Source: Bdellovibrionota bacterium
GTDB lineage: Bacteria; Bdellovibrionota_C; UBA2361; JBIKUX01
Reading direction: 5' to 3'
DNA length: 64,000 nt
Assembly (NCBI GenBank): GCA_044347345.1
Contig: JBIKUX010000003.1
Coordinates: 1 to 64,000, forward strand
The position numbers and the translations under genes are program-made. Numbering within the stretch: the first letter of the stretch is position 1; every line of letters starts with the position of its first letter. The notes below the pieces were generated by a model, which saw only the letters and a list, made by a program, of their open reading frames with translations, searched no databases and was not told where the DNA came from. This document shows positions 18,170-29,356 of the stretch, piece after piece.

Positions 18170-19990
18170 TTACTGAGAGTCAGAGCCGCGCATTTTATTC
18201 TGATATGTTAAAATCAAAAATTTGACTAGATTGCTCTGCTCGTCTCTTGTCAGTAAAGATATAATAATATGCTCACAAAATGTTGTGACGTAGTCTGTAG
18301 AGCGATTATCGTTAATAGGTGCTTCAAAGTTTGTGCTGTTGTTAGTCTTGATAATCTTTAGCGCGATCTGATCAAAAACTTGAGTGAATAAGTTGGTAAT
18401 CTTTCGTTTTTTGGTTATTAGACCTTCATGCGTAAGGGTGTTGCGCTCGCGTATGAGATCTTCCCACTGCTGCCAAGCATCATTTATCTGGGTAACATCT
18501 TCAGGGGTCATTTCAGAGCCAATTCCAATTGAGTTCAGGAACTCCCCACAGGAGTTAAATTCGGCTTGACTAGGTTGTTCAGTTAGATTCAGTTTGTGGA
18601 ATGGTGGCGGATGGTCAAGTCTAATCGCCATAGATAACAGATTCAAAATATTATCGAAATTAGCTTGCTTTTTTTGTTCTGCGATGACTGCCCTAAGGCA
18701 AAACTCTGGGGAATCTATCTCCGCGACTAGTAAGCCCTTCAATTTGGATTCATAGCTTTGGGTTATAATCAGAAGTTGTTCGTTTGAGATATTGAAGTAA
18801 TTTAGTATCAAAGTGCGCACATCTTCTTTGCCTATCTCTATAGATTGTGCATCAACCCCAGACTCTAAATAATGTAATATGTTCCATATCGCCACTTCGG
18901 TTTCAGTAAATGGCGCACTGTTCTTGTCGTAATATTCTTGCCTATTAATTAAGTCGGCATACTGAACTTCGCTAAAACGGAGAAGACTTAGCAAAACAAA
19001 TGAGCCTTGGATGTCGTGCTCGTGTACTAGCAGAGCTGTTGCACGCGCTACTATTTCATCGACGTAAGGTGGCTTTTTTTCCTTTGCGAGTCGGTGTTCC
19101 TCTAATAATGGTGCTATAGTTATTTCATATTCTTTATTTTGGATGGATATGTCCTGTCTCAGAATATTGATTGAATAGGGTAAGGAGTTCATTTCTTGAA
19201 TAAGCTTTTCCCCAGCTAGGAGTTGCTGATTGTAATCGGTAATTTCTGGGTTAGATAATTGGCCGAGGCTGGCTTTCATTTGCTGTTGGGTAATAGCATT
19301 ACTCGCGTTGTAGATTGACAGGAGCTCTAAGGTCTTCTCATCCAATAAGAACCGTTGCATTCTTTCGAGTGTGTTTTTTTGTTTGATAAGTTCAACAAAG
19401 TTTTGTTGAATACCGGTGATCTTAGCTTCTATTTCTTCTACGAAAAATTTCTGATAATTACTTTGTTGGTGCGGAAGAAATTTCTCGGTCGCCTGATTAA
19501 AGCATTTACGAATATGAAGGATGCTTTCCTCTGTTGGGTGATGGCGACGTGAATGGATTAGTTCGTCAAAAAGAATGTCTTCTTCGAGCTTAAGTTTCTG
19601 ATGATATTCAGCAGAGAGGTCGGTAGGGAGAAGAGCCTTTAATAAAATGAAGTCTAAATAGTCAAAAAGCTCTATGTCTCTAGATTTGCCAAGGGGGCCT
19701 AGTAGTTTTTGGGAATCTATGAAAAACTCATTCCTCCAGTTACTGCCATTAATAGGACCAAGCTCTATATCAAAATCTCTTAGGGCTATTATGCAAAGCT
19801 CATTCTCATCAGGGTCTTTTTCACCATGACACCATGCCTTGAAGCTTTCTGAGCTTCTTAGGCTTGGATCGAGCAGAAAAGAAATGAGTAGCTTTTGAAA
19901 CTCTGCCCTGAGTTCAGACAATTCCTTCAGATCTAGAAATACTCTTTTAAAAATGAATCCACTGCTAACATCTTCGGTTCTTAGAACCAA
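18170..19990 (-). CDS. Hypothetical helical/coiled-coil protein; true start probably upstream across an 8-bp repeat
   Basis: 606-aa ORF from TTG; frame stays open to 20056; ATG at 20063 is out of frame. Confidence 0.65.
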   Translation of the reverse strand: MVLRTEDVSSGFIFKRVFLDLKELSELRAEFQKLLISFLLDPSLRSSESFKAWCHGEKDPDENELCIIALRDFDIELGPINGSNWRNEFFIDSQKLLGPLGKSRDIELFDYLDFILLKALLPTDLSAEYHQKLKLEEDILFDELIHSRRHHPTEESILHIRKCFNQATEKFLPHQQSNYQKFFVEEIEAKITGIQQNFVELIKQKNTLERMQRFLLDEKTLELLSIYNASNAITQQQMKASLGQLSNPEITDYNQQLLAGEKLIQEMNSLPYSINILRQDISIQNKEYEITIAPLLEEHRLAKEKKPPYVDEIVARATALLVHEHDIQGSFVLLSLLRFSEVQYADLINRQEYYDKNSAPFTETEVAIWNILHYLESGVDAQSIEIGKEDVRTLILNYFNISNEQLLIITQSYESKLKGLLVAEIDSPEFCLRAVIAEQKKQANFDNILNLLSMAIRLDHPPPFHKLNLTEQPSQAEFNSCGEFLNSIGIGSEMTPEDVTQINDAWQQWEDLIRERNTLTHEGLITKKRKITNLFTQVFDQIALKIIKTNNSTNFEAPINDNRSTDYVTTFCEHIIISLLTRDEQSNLVKFLILTYQNKMRGSDSQ

Positions 19991-20013
19991 TTTATCCAGT
20001 TGATCCGATGTTT

Positions 20014-20044
20014 TGTATCTCTGTATCTCTGTATCTCTGTATCT
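20014..20044. repeat. 8-bp tandem repeat (TGTATCTC) x about 4
   Basis: Units at 20014, 20022, 20030 and a near-complete unit at 20038. Confidence 0.9.
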
Positions 20045-20319
20045 GCCACTTGTATTCTACCATGAAGAATCTACCAGAAGATTATGTTGGCTACAGTAAT
20101 TGATCTGGCATAAATAGGGTTCGTGAAAGGTTTTATCTATCAATGCTTCAGTGGGTAATGTTATTTTTTTATTTATTCACATTCTTTATCCAAGCTAGGC
20201 TGCCAGTAAGCGGCACTATCGTAATCTTCGGAGATGGATCAACTAACACACCTTTGTATCGGCTGGTGTATCATTATCACGAGCAGCTTGAACTGGTGTA
20301 GGACGAGTTATTATTTAAT

Positions 20320-20761
20320 CTAACTCAACTTAAATTCCCAGTTGACCCCGTTATTTATCCGAGTAAACCCTAACTTTGATATGATATGGACTGCTTTCTG
20401 AGATGGAGACTCAAAAGATTATCTTATCACACCCGCCGTGTTCTCTTGCATAGGTAATAAAATTATCAACTAAACTTGTACCAACACCTTTTCCCCTAAA
20501 GTTTTTGTTTACAAAGAACATATTTATTACTGCTGTTCCACCCTCTCCGCCTTTACTGTCATCTGATCCAAGGTGACCAGATATACTCCCGATTATACTA
20601 CTTTTAAAAAAGGCATTAATATCAATTAAGCCACTGCTACCCTTTTGTGGAGCTTGATTGAGGATTATTGAGAATTCTATATGAGGGCTTGTTTCAAGCA
20701 TATTCTGGCCTTCAATGACAGTCATTAAAAAGAACAGGGTTTCACTCTGGTTATGGCTCAT
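20320..20761 (-). pseudogene. GNAT acetyltransferase, frameshifted
   Basis: FFVNKNFRGKGVGTSLV acetyl-CoA motif; removing one T at 20411-20416 continues as IIFESPSQKAVHIISKLGF...LS* to TAG at 20320. Confidence 0.7.
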
Positions 20762-21451
20762 AATTATTATTAGGTAGTCAAAAATTACCCATTGTGAGTT
20801 CGGTGAGTTCAGTGAGTTCGGTGCAGGTATTCCCATACCAAAAAAGAATCGACAACGCAGAGAATATGTTGCTTGCGAGGGGGGGGGTAGAGCCAAGTTG
20901 TCAAAGAATTAGGCATATAAACAGGCAACAAGTGTTATGCAACCAGATCCATATCAATCAAGAATTCAGGAAGGTAACGGAAAGACAGTTTCACCCGCCG
21001 AGGTGGGAAGGAGAGGCGTCGAATCAATCAGTGCGAGTCGATCCCAGGAGGCGAGGCTTTTTAGGAGATGTCCCTATTCTGTGCGCGCCCGAGAAAGAAC
21101 AAATGTGATCCTTTTCGAGCCGTGGATAGTTGGGATCTCATCATGGGAGAATTTAACGCATTCTGGAGCCCCAGTCGCCTATTGTAGCCCTCATCAAGCA
21201 AGTAATTTAGCATTACCCATAACAGCAGCGGTCAAAATCTCAGCCCTTAGAACCACGGACTCCCTGAGAAAACTAAGGGGAGGAAAACTAGGGGGGAAAC
21301 AAGGTTGGAGCGATGCTGTGAAATCAATATGTTGAAATGAATGGTGAAGGCTGGGTTAGGCAACCTAAAAATCATTGTTACCTCGTAGATCTTGCAGTAC
21401 GATGCGGTTTTTGCGTATTGTCAGCTCGGTTTTTATAGGAATACTCGAGTT

Positions 21452-22663
21452 ATGATTCCGCGACAAGTCAATCTATTGAAACTTCTAGGCAAAATGTCCT
21501 CTGGGCTCTTTCTTGGTGCTCGTGGATTAGGAAAAACTCAGCTTTCAGAGGCATGGATAGCGACCCAGCCAGCTTCTCTCACCTATAATCTACTCTCGCC
21601 TTTGGAGTTCAAGAGACTGCTCTCTAACCCGACTCAATTGATCAACGAAGTAGAAACTCGGCTTGCCACGATTGAGGAACCTCTCGTGCTCTCTGTGTTA
21701 ATCGATGAAGTGCAAAAAGTGCCCGAACTTCTGGATGTGTGCCACCTATTGATCGAGAAGCATAGAAAAAGAGTCCGCTTTCTGCTAACCGGTTCAAGCG
21801 CCCGGAAACTAAAATCAAAAAGCGCTAATCTATTGGCGTCGCGTGCTCTTTCAATTAGGCTACATCCCTTTACCCAGAGCGAGTTAAAGGATTACAACTT
21901 CGATCTGCTCAACGTCCTTCAGTATGGCACTGTACCAGCCATATATACCGCTGAAAATAGAGAGGCGGCTCTTCGAACTTATGTAGATACCTATCTTAAA
22001 GAGGAGATCCAGCAAGAGGCACTCGTGCGAAAGCTAGATAAGTTTTTTAGCTTTATCGATGTAGCAGCACAGCTCAACGGAGAGGTTGTTAACTTCAGGA
22101 AGATGGCCAGGCAACTGTCGGTTTCTGACAAGACAATTAGCGATTACTTTCAAATTCTGATTGACACCTTGCTCGTGCTCAAACTGCCAGGCTGGGATCG
22201 CTCCGCAAAAAAACAGATCATCAAAAGTCCTAAGTTCTATTTCTTCGACTGTGGGGTGCTCAATGCAGCGGCTAGAGAGTTGAATCTCCCTTTGCAGGTC
22301 GGCACGCCGCGATATGGTAGGTTGTTTGAGCAGTTCATGATCAATGAGTTTTACCGTGCCAATGACTATTATGCTCTTGATTATTCACTCTCCTTTTATA
22401 GCACGGGAAATTCAGAGGTTGATCTTGTACTAGCAAGAGGCAGACACGAGCCGCTAAAAGCGGTTGAGATTAAATCCAATCCGATGGTCGCGAAAGAAGA
22501 TTTAGCTGGTCTAGAACTTTTTTCCAAGGAATACCCACAGAGCGAGATTTATTGCGTCTCAACCAATTCACAAGCCTATTCGGTAAGGTTAAATTCAGGT
22601 TGTAACGTCCTTGTGCTCCCTTTCCAAGAGGCGATCTCAACCATCATTTCACCAGCGCGGTGA
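21452..22663 (+). CDS. AAA ATPase (AAA_14) with DUF4143/PD-(D/E)XK C-terminus
   Basis: GARGLGKT Walker A, LIDEVQK Walker B, LTGSSARKL, PKFYFFDCGV, EVDLV...AVEIK; start MIPR at 21452. Confidence 0.9.
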   Translation: MIPRQVNLLKLLGKMSSGLFLGARGLGKTQLSEAWIATQPASLTYNLLSPLEFKRLLSNPTQLINEVETRLATIEEPLVLSVLIDEVQKVPELLDVCHLLIEKHRKRVRFLLTGSSARKLKSKSANLLASRALSIRLHPFTQSELKDYNFDLLNVLQYGTVPAIYTAENREAALRTYVDTYLKEEIQQEALVRKLDKFFSFIDVAAQLNGEVVNFRKMARQLSVSDKTISDYFQILIDTLLVLKLPGWDRSAKKQIIKSPKFYFFDCGVLNAAARELNLPLQVGTPRYGRLFEQFMINEFYRANDYYALDYSLSFYSTGNSEVDLVLARGRHEPLKAVEIKSNPMVAKEDLAGLELFSKEYPQSEIYCVSTNSQAYSVRLNSGCNVLVLPFQEAISTIISPAR

Positions 22664-22901
22664 GTGGTTCTCAAGTTACATGGCACTTTCGAACAAGTAC
22701 AAGTAGAGGCAGTCCGAGCAGGCAAAGCATCCTGCACGAGGCAGAAGCATCCGGCCTTCGTTATCTCTACTGTCCTCGTCGGTGAGCACAGGTCAGATCA
22801 GGTGGTTACTAGTGTACCTAAGAACCTGGTATTCAAACGATAGACAGGCGTTAATCCCACACCATATTTTGGTCTGCGTCGCTCCGTTCTATACTTTCGT
22901 G

Positions 22902-23215
22902 ATGTATCGTCGCAACACACTCCGGATCCTAGTAATAAGCATTTTATTCAATTCCATCCCACACGCGCACCCTTTGCAAGATGATTTGGAAGACTTGGCT
23001 GCAGGCGCTAATGGGCAACTGGGAGTGTGTTTGCTCGCTGACACGGAGAGCGTGCCCGTATATGCGTTCGGGGAAGGGAGGCTTTCCCTCTACAGAGCGT
23101 TATGAAGTTGATGGTGGGTGCAGCGGTTCTCTACTCTGTACGGGAGGATCTCTTGACGCATACCGGAAAGGAGGTAGAGGTAATGAGTATCTACCGTTTT
23201 CTCGATAAGCCTTAA
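22902..23215 (+). pseudogene. Class A beta-lactamase, N-terminal remnant
   Basis: Signal-peptide-like start, GQLGVCLL, then after a frameshift AFPLQSVMKLMVGAAVL (SxxK at 23096-23107); rest of gene absent. Confidence 0.7.
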
Positions 23216-23462
23216 CTTTTTCTCTCAGAGCCTTAGAGGTTTAAGCTGGGATGAATATGAAAGCCGCTTACGAATATTGGGACAAACCAGATTGCTGGGA
23301 TGACATTGGCGAGCCTGAAGATTGCGTCGTGAAAGTCGGCAAAGCCCGCGCTGGACGGGACGGCTGCTCGACGGCGGTGAGCATAACGCTATGCCGGAGG
23401 TGAAATTATGTCTCGCACACTTGATCTCTCAGGTCGCAAGGAAATTGAGTTTGTAGCAGAGT

Positions 23463-24649
23463 CTAGGGTTGCTTTTCTTGAGGGTCAGCTTCCTGAAATA
23501 GTTTCAATAATCCGTCGCGCCAGGGAAGGACCTCTATGCCCTCCACTAGTCGTGGGTGGGAGTCACGACAGAGGCAGAGGTACCGATACGATGGGAACTC
23601 GGCTCGTAATGAGCGAAGATGACTTAGCTGCTCCTTGGTAACAGTTTTGCTCGCTTTAATCTCGATAAAGATGGGCTCTCGTCGCGCACGGGATAGGATG
23701 AGATCGACCTCCAGGCCACCAGCCGTTGCGAGGTATGAAAGCGAATACTTGGTACGATAGTAGTCGTTTAACCGCCGCACTTCGTTGATGATGAATTGCT
23801 CAAACAATGGGCCGCGCTCCTGGCTTGAGAGCGGGGTAAATCGGAGGGTTTCCTCGATCGCCCGCTTCACGCCACAATCAAATAGATAGAATTTTGGCGC
23901 CTGTAATTGTTGCTTTCGTACTGAGCGATTAAACGCGGGCAGGAGCGATCCGAGAAGGGTGTCCTCAAGAATGGAAAAATAGTTCTGCACCGTTTTTACA
24001 TCGACCTGAATGTTCCGCGCAATCGCTGAGAAGTTTATGATGGTGCCGCTTGCCTGTGCGGCGACCTCTAAGAACCGACGAAACGGTTGGATGTTGCGCA
24101 CAAGCTGCTCAGCGGTTATCTCCTCGCGAAGATACGTATGAACGTAGGCATCGAGGAAGAGTTCCTTAGAGGAGTCTTTCGCCAGACTAAATATTCGGGG
24201 AAGAGTACCCCACTGTAACGCTTCGTCCAGCGAGAAGTCGGGGGTTGCTTCGAACGCGGTAATCGGATGAAGGGAGAACACAAAGGCGCGACCGGCCAGA
24301 AGATTCGCAGCCCCGCGGCGCAGCTTGCGAGCACTCGAGCCCGTAAGCGCAAAGAGGACCCCCCTCGACTCAATTTCATGATGTACAACATCGAGCAGGG
24401 CAGGGACTTTTTGAACCTCATCAATCACTACCCATGATCGGCCTTGTGGGAGTGTGCTAATTCGTTCACTCAAAAGGGTAGGATAGGATTATCAGCAAAA
24501 CGCCGCTCCTCTTTCGGATCAAGGAGATCAATCCAAAGCGCCTCAGAACGAGGATACAATCCCTCTAAGAGAGAGGTTTTCCCGGTACCACGGGCTCCGA
24601 ATAGAAAAAAACTGTTATCTTTCGGTAGGTTGAGAATTCATGGAAACAT
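23463..24649 (-). pseudogene. AAA ATPase/DUF4143, inactivated
   Basis: MFP*ILNLPKDNSFFLFGARGTGKTSLL from 24649 (TGA at 24638-24640), frameshift near 24480, then VIDEVQK, LTGSSARKL, PKFYLFDCGV, EVDL...IEIK. Confidence 0.88.
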
Positions 24650-25179
24650 AATCCAAATATCAATTTGATTTATGGAGTATTGTCCACGAGGCCAGGGGTG
24701 GTGTCAATGTGGTTAGGGACGAGAGTCCAGAAGAGACCTCCCACTCAGCGAAGATGGGGGGCTTGGGCGAGCACTTCGAACTGGCAATGCGTTTGGCAAC
24801 CGCCGCACCATGGCTTACCCTAGGAATTGCAGGCTTTGTAATCCTGATCCTAAGCACTGTGGTTGAGAGGCGTGGTGCACGGCTGCGCACCGATCTTTAC
24901 GAAGCCTTGCGTATTGGGCTGCCAGAAAAGCAAAAGCAGTAGCCGTGGAATTTGCCTAGCCCCAAAACCGGCCGTAGCGAGGATGCGCAGTAGGTTAGGT
25001 TCGGGGGGGATCCAGGCTAGCATGGCTGCTGAGGTATGCCGAACAAAGTCCACCTCATTCCATCTGCTGGATCCCCATCCCTCAGCATAAGTATCCACCC
25101 AGGCTTGGGCGACGACTGCATACCATCGCTACAGAAGCTTAATAACTTCCCCCATCAGTAGTGCGAATAATGTCTTTGC

Positions 25180-25349
25180 CCTCACCTATGGAAGCTCGTA
25201 CCAGGGGTGCAATGAAGTACCTCAAGTCTCAATCTCCAGAAGTCACCCCGCTCGAGCAGCCAGAAGAGGAACCTGCTGGTAAACCCTCCCAGCTTGTGGG
25301 AACGCGGCTCATCAAGAAGATTTATGAGTGTGACCTACTAACCCTCTAA
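25180..25349 (+). mobile_element. Possible IS91-like transposase C-terminal remnant
   Basis: ARTRG...RLIKKIYECDLL resembles the W.RLI.K.YE.DPL.CP tail of IS91-type transposases; short and degenerate. Confidence 0.35.
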
Positions 25350-25703
25350 GGACGATGACCCTCTTTTCTCTACCGCTTAAAAGTTAGCAGCGGCTCTAGG
25401 GCAATTCCACGCCCAGTCTAGACCCGGCATTTTTACTTAACTACCTCATATCATCAGATATTACTTATTCTTATCAGCCCCTCTAGCTTACTTCATCGCC
25501 GACTCCTCGCTAATCATAGCGGTCGAAGGGTGCCCAAGCTGCAATTCCAGTACCGCTATCCTGCCAGATCCCACACCTTGCCTCTCTCCCTCTGGTGCAT
25601 TGGAGCTAAAAAACGGGCCTTAGCTGCCTTAGGCCGGCATGCTCACCCTGCGTTATGGCCATATAACTGATTATAACTGATATTCCTCTGGTTATAGTTT
25701 TTC

Positions 25704-26540
25704 CTACCCATTGACTCGTTCTAATCGGGTTTCTACCAACATAGAGAGTTGAAGATCCATCTCTCGCAGGATTGGAATAAGGCCTCCAGTCACCTCGGCA
25801 TGATCAAGCGGAAGATCGGTGTTAGTCGTGCCGGGAAAACGGAGATATTGAATGTATGATCCGGGATAAAAGCTTCTCGGTCGCTCACCAAAAAGTAGTA
25901 CAGCAGCCTTGGTCGGAGCGTTTCTTGAAAGATCGAAGAGGCGCAGTCCTGCAAGTTGTAGCAATTTATCGCGATGCTTACGCTCTAGAATTTCTGGGTC
26001 TATTGCAAGTCGCTTATAATTCTAGAGTGGAAGCTGATTAATGTCGTTAAGGGATGCGCCGATGCAAGGCCGTCCGTCAAAAGAAGTATGCGCTACCGAA
26101 AACGACGCTCTCGGTGAGTAACCGTTCTTCTTGCTCTGTCGCAACCCCTCCGCCGGGGTTCTACCCGAACACACACCCGCCCTTTGTAGCACACCGGTGG
26201 CATATATGATCTGAAGGGCGCACCTCAACTACTGCAACCGCTCTATCACCCACCACAATCTTGCTGACTGTAATCGAGAGAGGGAGAAGGATGCTTCCTA
26301 TCGACTTGAGGGCGCTGAGGTCAACCAATATCTGATCCGTAATGTAGTCTCTTCGGATGGAGCCGTCATCCGTCGCTCCCACGATTAGGTCGCTCGCGGA
26401 AGACCGTGTCCGGGAAGGTCTTTAGCAAAGGAGCAGATCGCCTCGCAGAACTTATCTTTGTTAGTAAGTGATTCCGTAAACTCGATTCGGTCAGACTCAC
26501 CATTCTAAATGAGTTCAGTAAGTTCGTGGGGCGACAGCAT
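25704..26540 (-). pseudogene. AlbA_2 (Schlafen-like)/ATP-binding protein, truncated and frameshifted
   Basis: MLSPHELTELI*NGESDRIEFTES...CEAICSFA...LIVGATDDG; later TKAAVLLFGERPRSFYPGSYIQYLRF; several frame changes. Confidence 0.8.
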
Positions 26541-26846
26541 TAACTACTCCTCAAGGGCTGGGATGGTCCGTTTTGCAGAGCTTCTTTATAGTAACTGACT
26601 AAGGTTGCAATACCTACCAGGTGTTTACAGCATGCTTTCACGACCATCGTCCAGAAGACCCCGCACTGATTTTTACCTTCCTTAGCAGCGTTATCGTGAG
26701 GCTTTTCGGCGGCGCTTTTTGAGCAAAGGTCGCGCGAGGGCGATTTCAGGCAATTCGAGGAGTTTTTCAGAGATTCCCTAACCACCCCAGATATGGTATG
26801 AAGCATCTAAGCTACATTAACCTACTTATCGGATCATCTATACTCC

Positions 26847-27191
26847 ATGCCAAAAGCTAGTCATTTCTTTCAGGCACCCCCTTTCGAGGTTGAACGAGCG
26901 TTAATAACGCTCGGCAGCAATCTCAGAACAGCCCGCCTCCGGCGTAATCTAACGCTGGAGCAAGTCGCCGAAAAGCTGGGGGTGGGGCGACATGTGCTTG
27001 CCGATGCCGAACGGGGCAAGCCTTCGACCAGCGTCGGTATCTATGTCGGGCTTCTGTGGGTATATGGCCTAACGAACCATCTCACTGCCGTTGCTGATGC
27101 AGAAGAGGACGAAGTGGGGCGTCTCTTAGCACAGAACCGCGAGCGCTCTCGTGCGCGAACTCCCAAGGAGGATCTCGATAATGATTTCTAA
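26847..27191 (+). CDS. XRE-family HTH antitoxin (HipB-like)
   Basis: LRTARLRRNLTLEQVAEKLGVGRHVLADAERGKP; stop overlaps the toxin start. Confidence 0.85.
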   Translation: MPKASHFFQAPPFEVERALITLGSNLRTARLRRNLTLEQVAEKLGVGRHVLADAERGKPSTSVGIYVGLLWVYGLTNHLTAVADAEEDEVGRLLAQNRERSRARTPKEDLDNDF

Positions 27192-28467
27192 AGCGGAGGA
27201 CGGTGATGAGTGCTACGTCTACATCTATCTTCCGGAGTCCGTACAGGCAGTGACCGCTGGGCGCTTAAGGCTGAGGCGCAATCTTCAAGGAGTAACGACC
27301 GGGCAGTTTGTCTATGGTCGTGAGTACCTTAAACGGCCCGATGCTGTTGAGGTTGACCCGGTGCATCTCCAACTAAGCCGTACCAGATACGACACAGTTC
27401 TTATGGAAGGCATTTTTGGAGCGCTTCGTGATGCTGGTCCTGATTACTGGGGACGACGAATTATAGAGAAGCATGCTGGTGTAAGCTCTTTACGAGAGCT
27501 CGACTATTTACTCCTTTCTGCGGACGATCGCGCGGGAGCGCTTGGATTCGGCATTGGAAAAGAACCTCCCGCACCAGTTCGTCACTTTAACAAGACAATC
27601 GAACTAGCACGATTACAAGCTCTTGCAGACCTGATCGTAAGCGGGGAGCAGGGAAAAGAGGGAAACGCTTCATTTGGCTCCACGCAGATGCTTGAAGAAC
27701 TTCTCCTTATTGGTACATCCATGGGAGGAGCTCGTCCAAAAGCGGTCGTTGAGGACGGTGAGGGCCTATGGCTAGCGAAATTCAACCGTACAGATGATCG
27801 ATGGGACAATGCACGGGTTGAACATGCCATGCTCGTTTTGGGACGTCTTTGCGGCCTCACCACTGCAGAGAGTCGAATCGAACAGGTTGCAGGTCGCAGC
27901 GTCCTTCTCGTAAAACGATTTGACAGAAAGCTGACCGCAGCAGGAGCAGACTATCACCGATCCCGAATGGTGAGCGCTCTCACGCTCCTCGGAGCCGATG
28001 AATCATTGAGCTCTCGGAACCGCTGGTCATATCTCACTCTCGTTGAGATCCTACGTCGCATTACTGATTATCCCGAACAGAATGCCCATGAACTATTTCG
28101 GAGGGTCTGTTTTAACGCCCTTATCTCCAACACAGACGATCATCCACGTAATCACGCCATCATTGCCCCACACCGCTCTTGGTTCTTAGCACCGGCGTAT
28201 GACCTAAATCCATCAATCCCTTCCAGTATTGAGCGACGAGAGTTAGCCATGGAATGCGGAAACATGGGGAGGTACGCGAATGCTCGAAACTTACTGAGCC
28301 AAAGTGCGCGATTTTTTCTTTCTGAAAGCGACGCTCGCGCCATTATAGAAAACATGGAGAAGCAAATTGTTACCTCGTGGTACGATGTCGCTCGCAGAAG
28401 CGGGGTGACGGAGCATGACTGTCAGGCGATTGCGCCAGCCTTTGCATATCCAGGATTTCGCATGTGA
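27181..28467 (+). CDS. HipA-family Ser/Thr kinase toxin
   Basis: GTSMGGARPKA, WLAKF, NTDDHPRNH, LAPAYDL; N-terminal coupled domain LRDAGPDYWGRR. Confidence 0.92.
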   Translation: MISKAEDGDECYVYIYLPESVQAVTAGRLRLRRNLQGVTTGQFVYGREYLKRPDAVEVDPVHLQLSRTRYDTVLMEGIFGALRDAGPDYWGRRIIEKHAGVSSLRELDYLLLSADDRAGALGFGIGKEPPAPVRHFNKTIELARLQALADLIVSGEQGKEGNASFGSTQMLEELLLIGTSMGGARPKAVVEDGEGLWLAKFNRTDDRWDNARVEHAMLVLGRLCGLTTAESRIEQVAGRSVLLVKRFDRKLTAAGADYHRSRMVSALTLLGADESLSSRNRWSYLTLVEILRRITDYPEQNAHELFRRVCFNALISNTDDHPRNHAIIAPHRSWFLAPAYDLNPSIPSSIERRELAMECGNMGRYANARNLLSQSARFFLSESDARAIIENMEKQIVTSWYDVARRSGVTEHDCQAIAPAFAYPGFRM

Positions 28468-28881
28468 TGCGGGTCTAATTGAGGTTGTGCAGGCTCTGCC
28501 GCATGGGTGAGCAGCTCAGTGAGTGGGTATAGGCTTCGCTTATTCCCTGAGCCAAAAGCACTCCTGACTCCTGCCAATCCCTCGTCTGACATAAGCCTCA
28601 CTTGATGCAATGCTTCGGCTCGCGCAAGGTAAGGGGAATAGTCACAGACCCCATGAGTTTGGACGTCATTTCTCACTGCTTTGTTTGGCCAGTCGGCAGA
28701 ATTGGCGGCAATCCTCGCAACGTTCTCTCTCTCTCTCTCTCTGTTCGGACGAGGGCACATAAGATTCACCGTAGTCATCCTGATACCGCTGCAAAACATC
28801 GGCAAGATCAATTGCAAGCGATAGAGCCTCTAGGGTATCACGATTTGCTTTTGCCAAAATGAACTGGGGGTAATTACTCAT
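28422..28881 (-). pseudogene. Hypothetical gene split at an (AG)n tract
   Basis: ORFs 28666..28881 and 28422..28817 overlap across the (TC)9T tract at 28724-28742. Confidence 0.4.
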
Positions 28882-29356
28882 CCCCTGTTCAAGTAGCGTC
28901 CTAGTAAGTGGATCTACAATTTCACTTGTTTTGAGCTAGGCTGCCTGTTTACTCATCGGCGTTGCTACTAAAGCACCAAAAAGCTCTCTTCTTCGGACGG
29001 AAAATGCAACGATATCCTCATTTTCTGCAGCCCGTTTGAGGTCGCTGGCAATTGCTTCTTCAGCACGATGGATTCGCACCGCGTTTTCATAAGGTAGATT
29101 TGATGCTTCTGGAGCAGGTGAGGGTGAACTGAACTCCCCGCCTTCCTTTTGCTGTGCCACAATCAGAGGCTCGCCCAGCTAGGCAGTTCACTGCTCTGAA
29201 AAAGCAGGAGTGTCACCAGAGGTTACCGATTCATCAACTAAGGGCGCGGTAAAGAGTGGACATGTAAATCTCTAGCTGGACCTGATAACGAAATGCCACC
29301 ATCATACGATCACAACTACGGTAGAAAAGAATTCCCTCGTCGAGATTACATTCTTC

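Noticed and set aside
20880-21260. Possible hydrogenase maturation protease relic on the minus strand (MGNAKLLA/DEG, WDRLALIDS)
   Set aside because: Requires several frameshifts and stops; similarity too short to support
20840-21340. tmRNA or tRNA at the island's left edge
   Set aside because: No acceptor stem, T-loop or tag peptide could be identified
23250-23460. Phage-like small ORF pieces (MSRTLDLSGRK)
   Set aside because: Too short; ORF 23408..23641 is mostly antisense to the ATPase pseudogene
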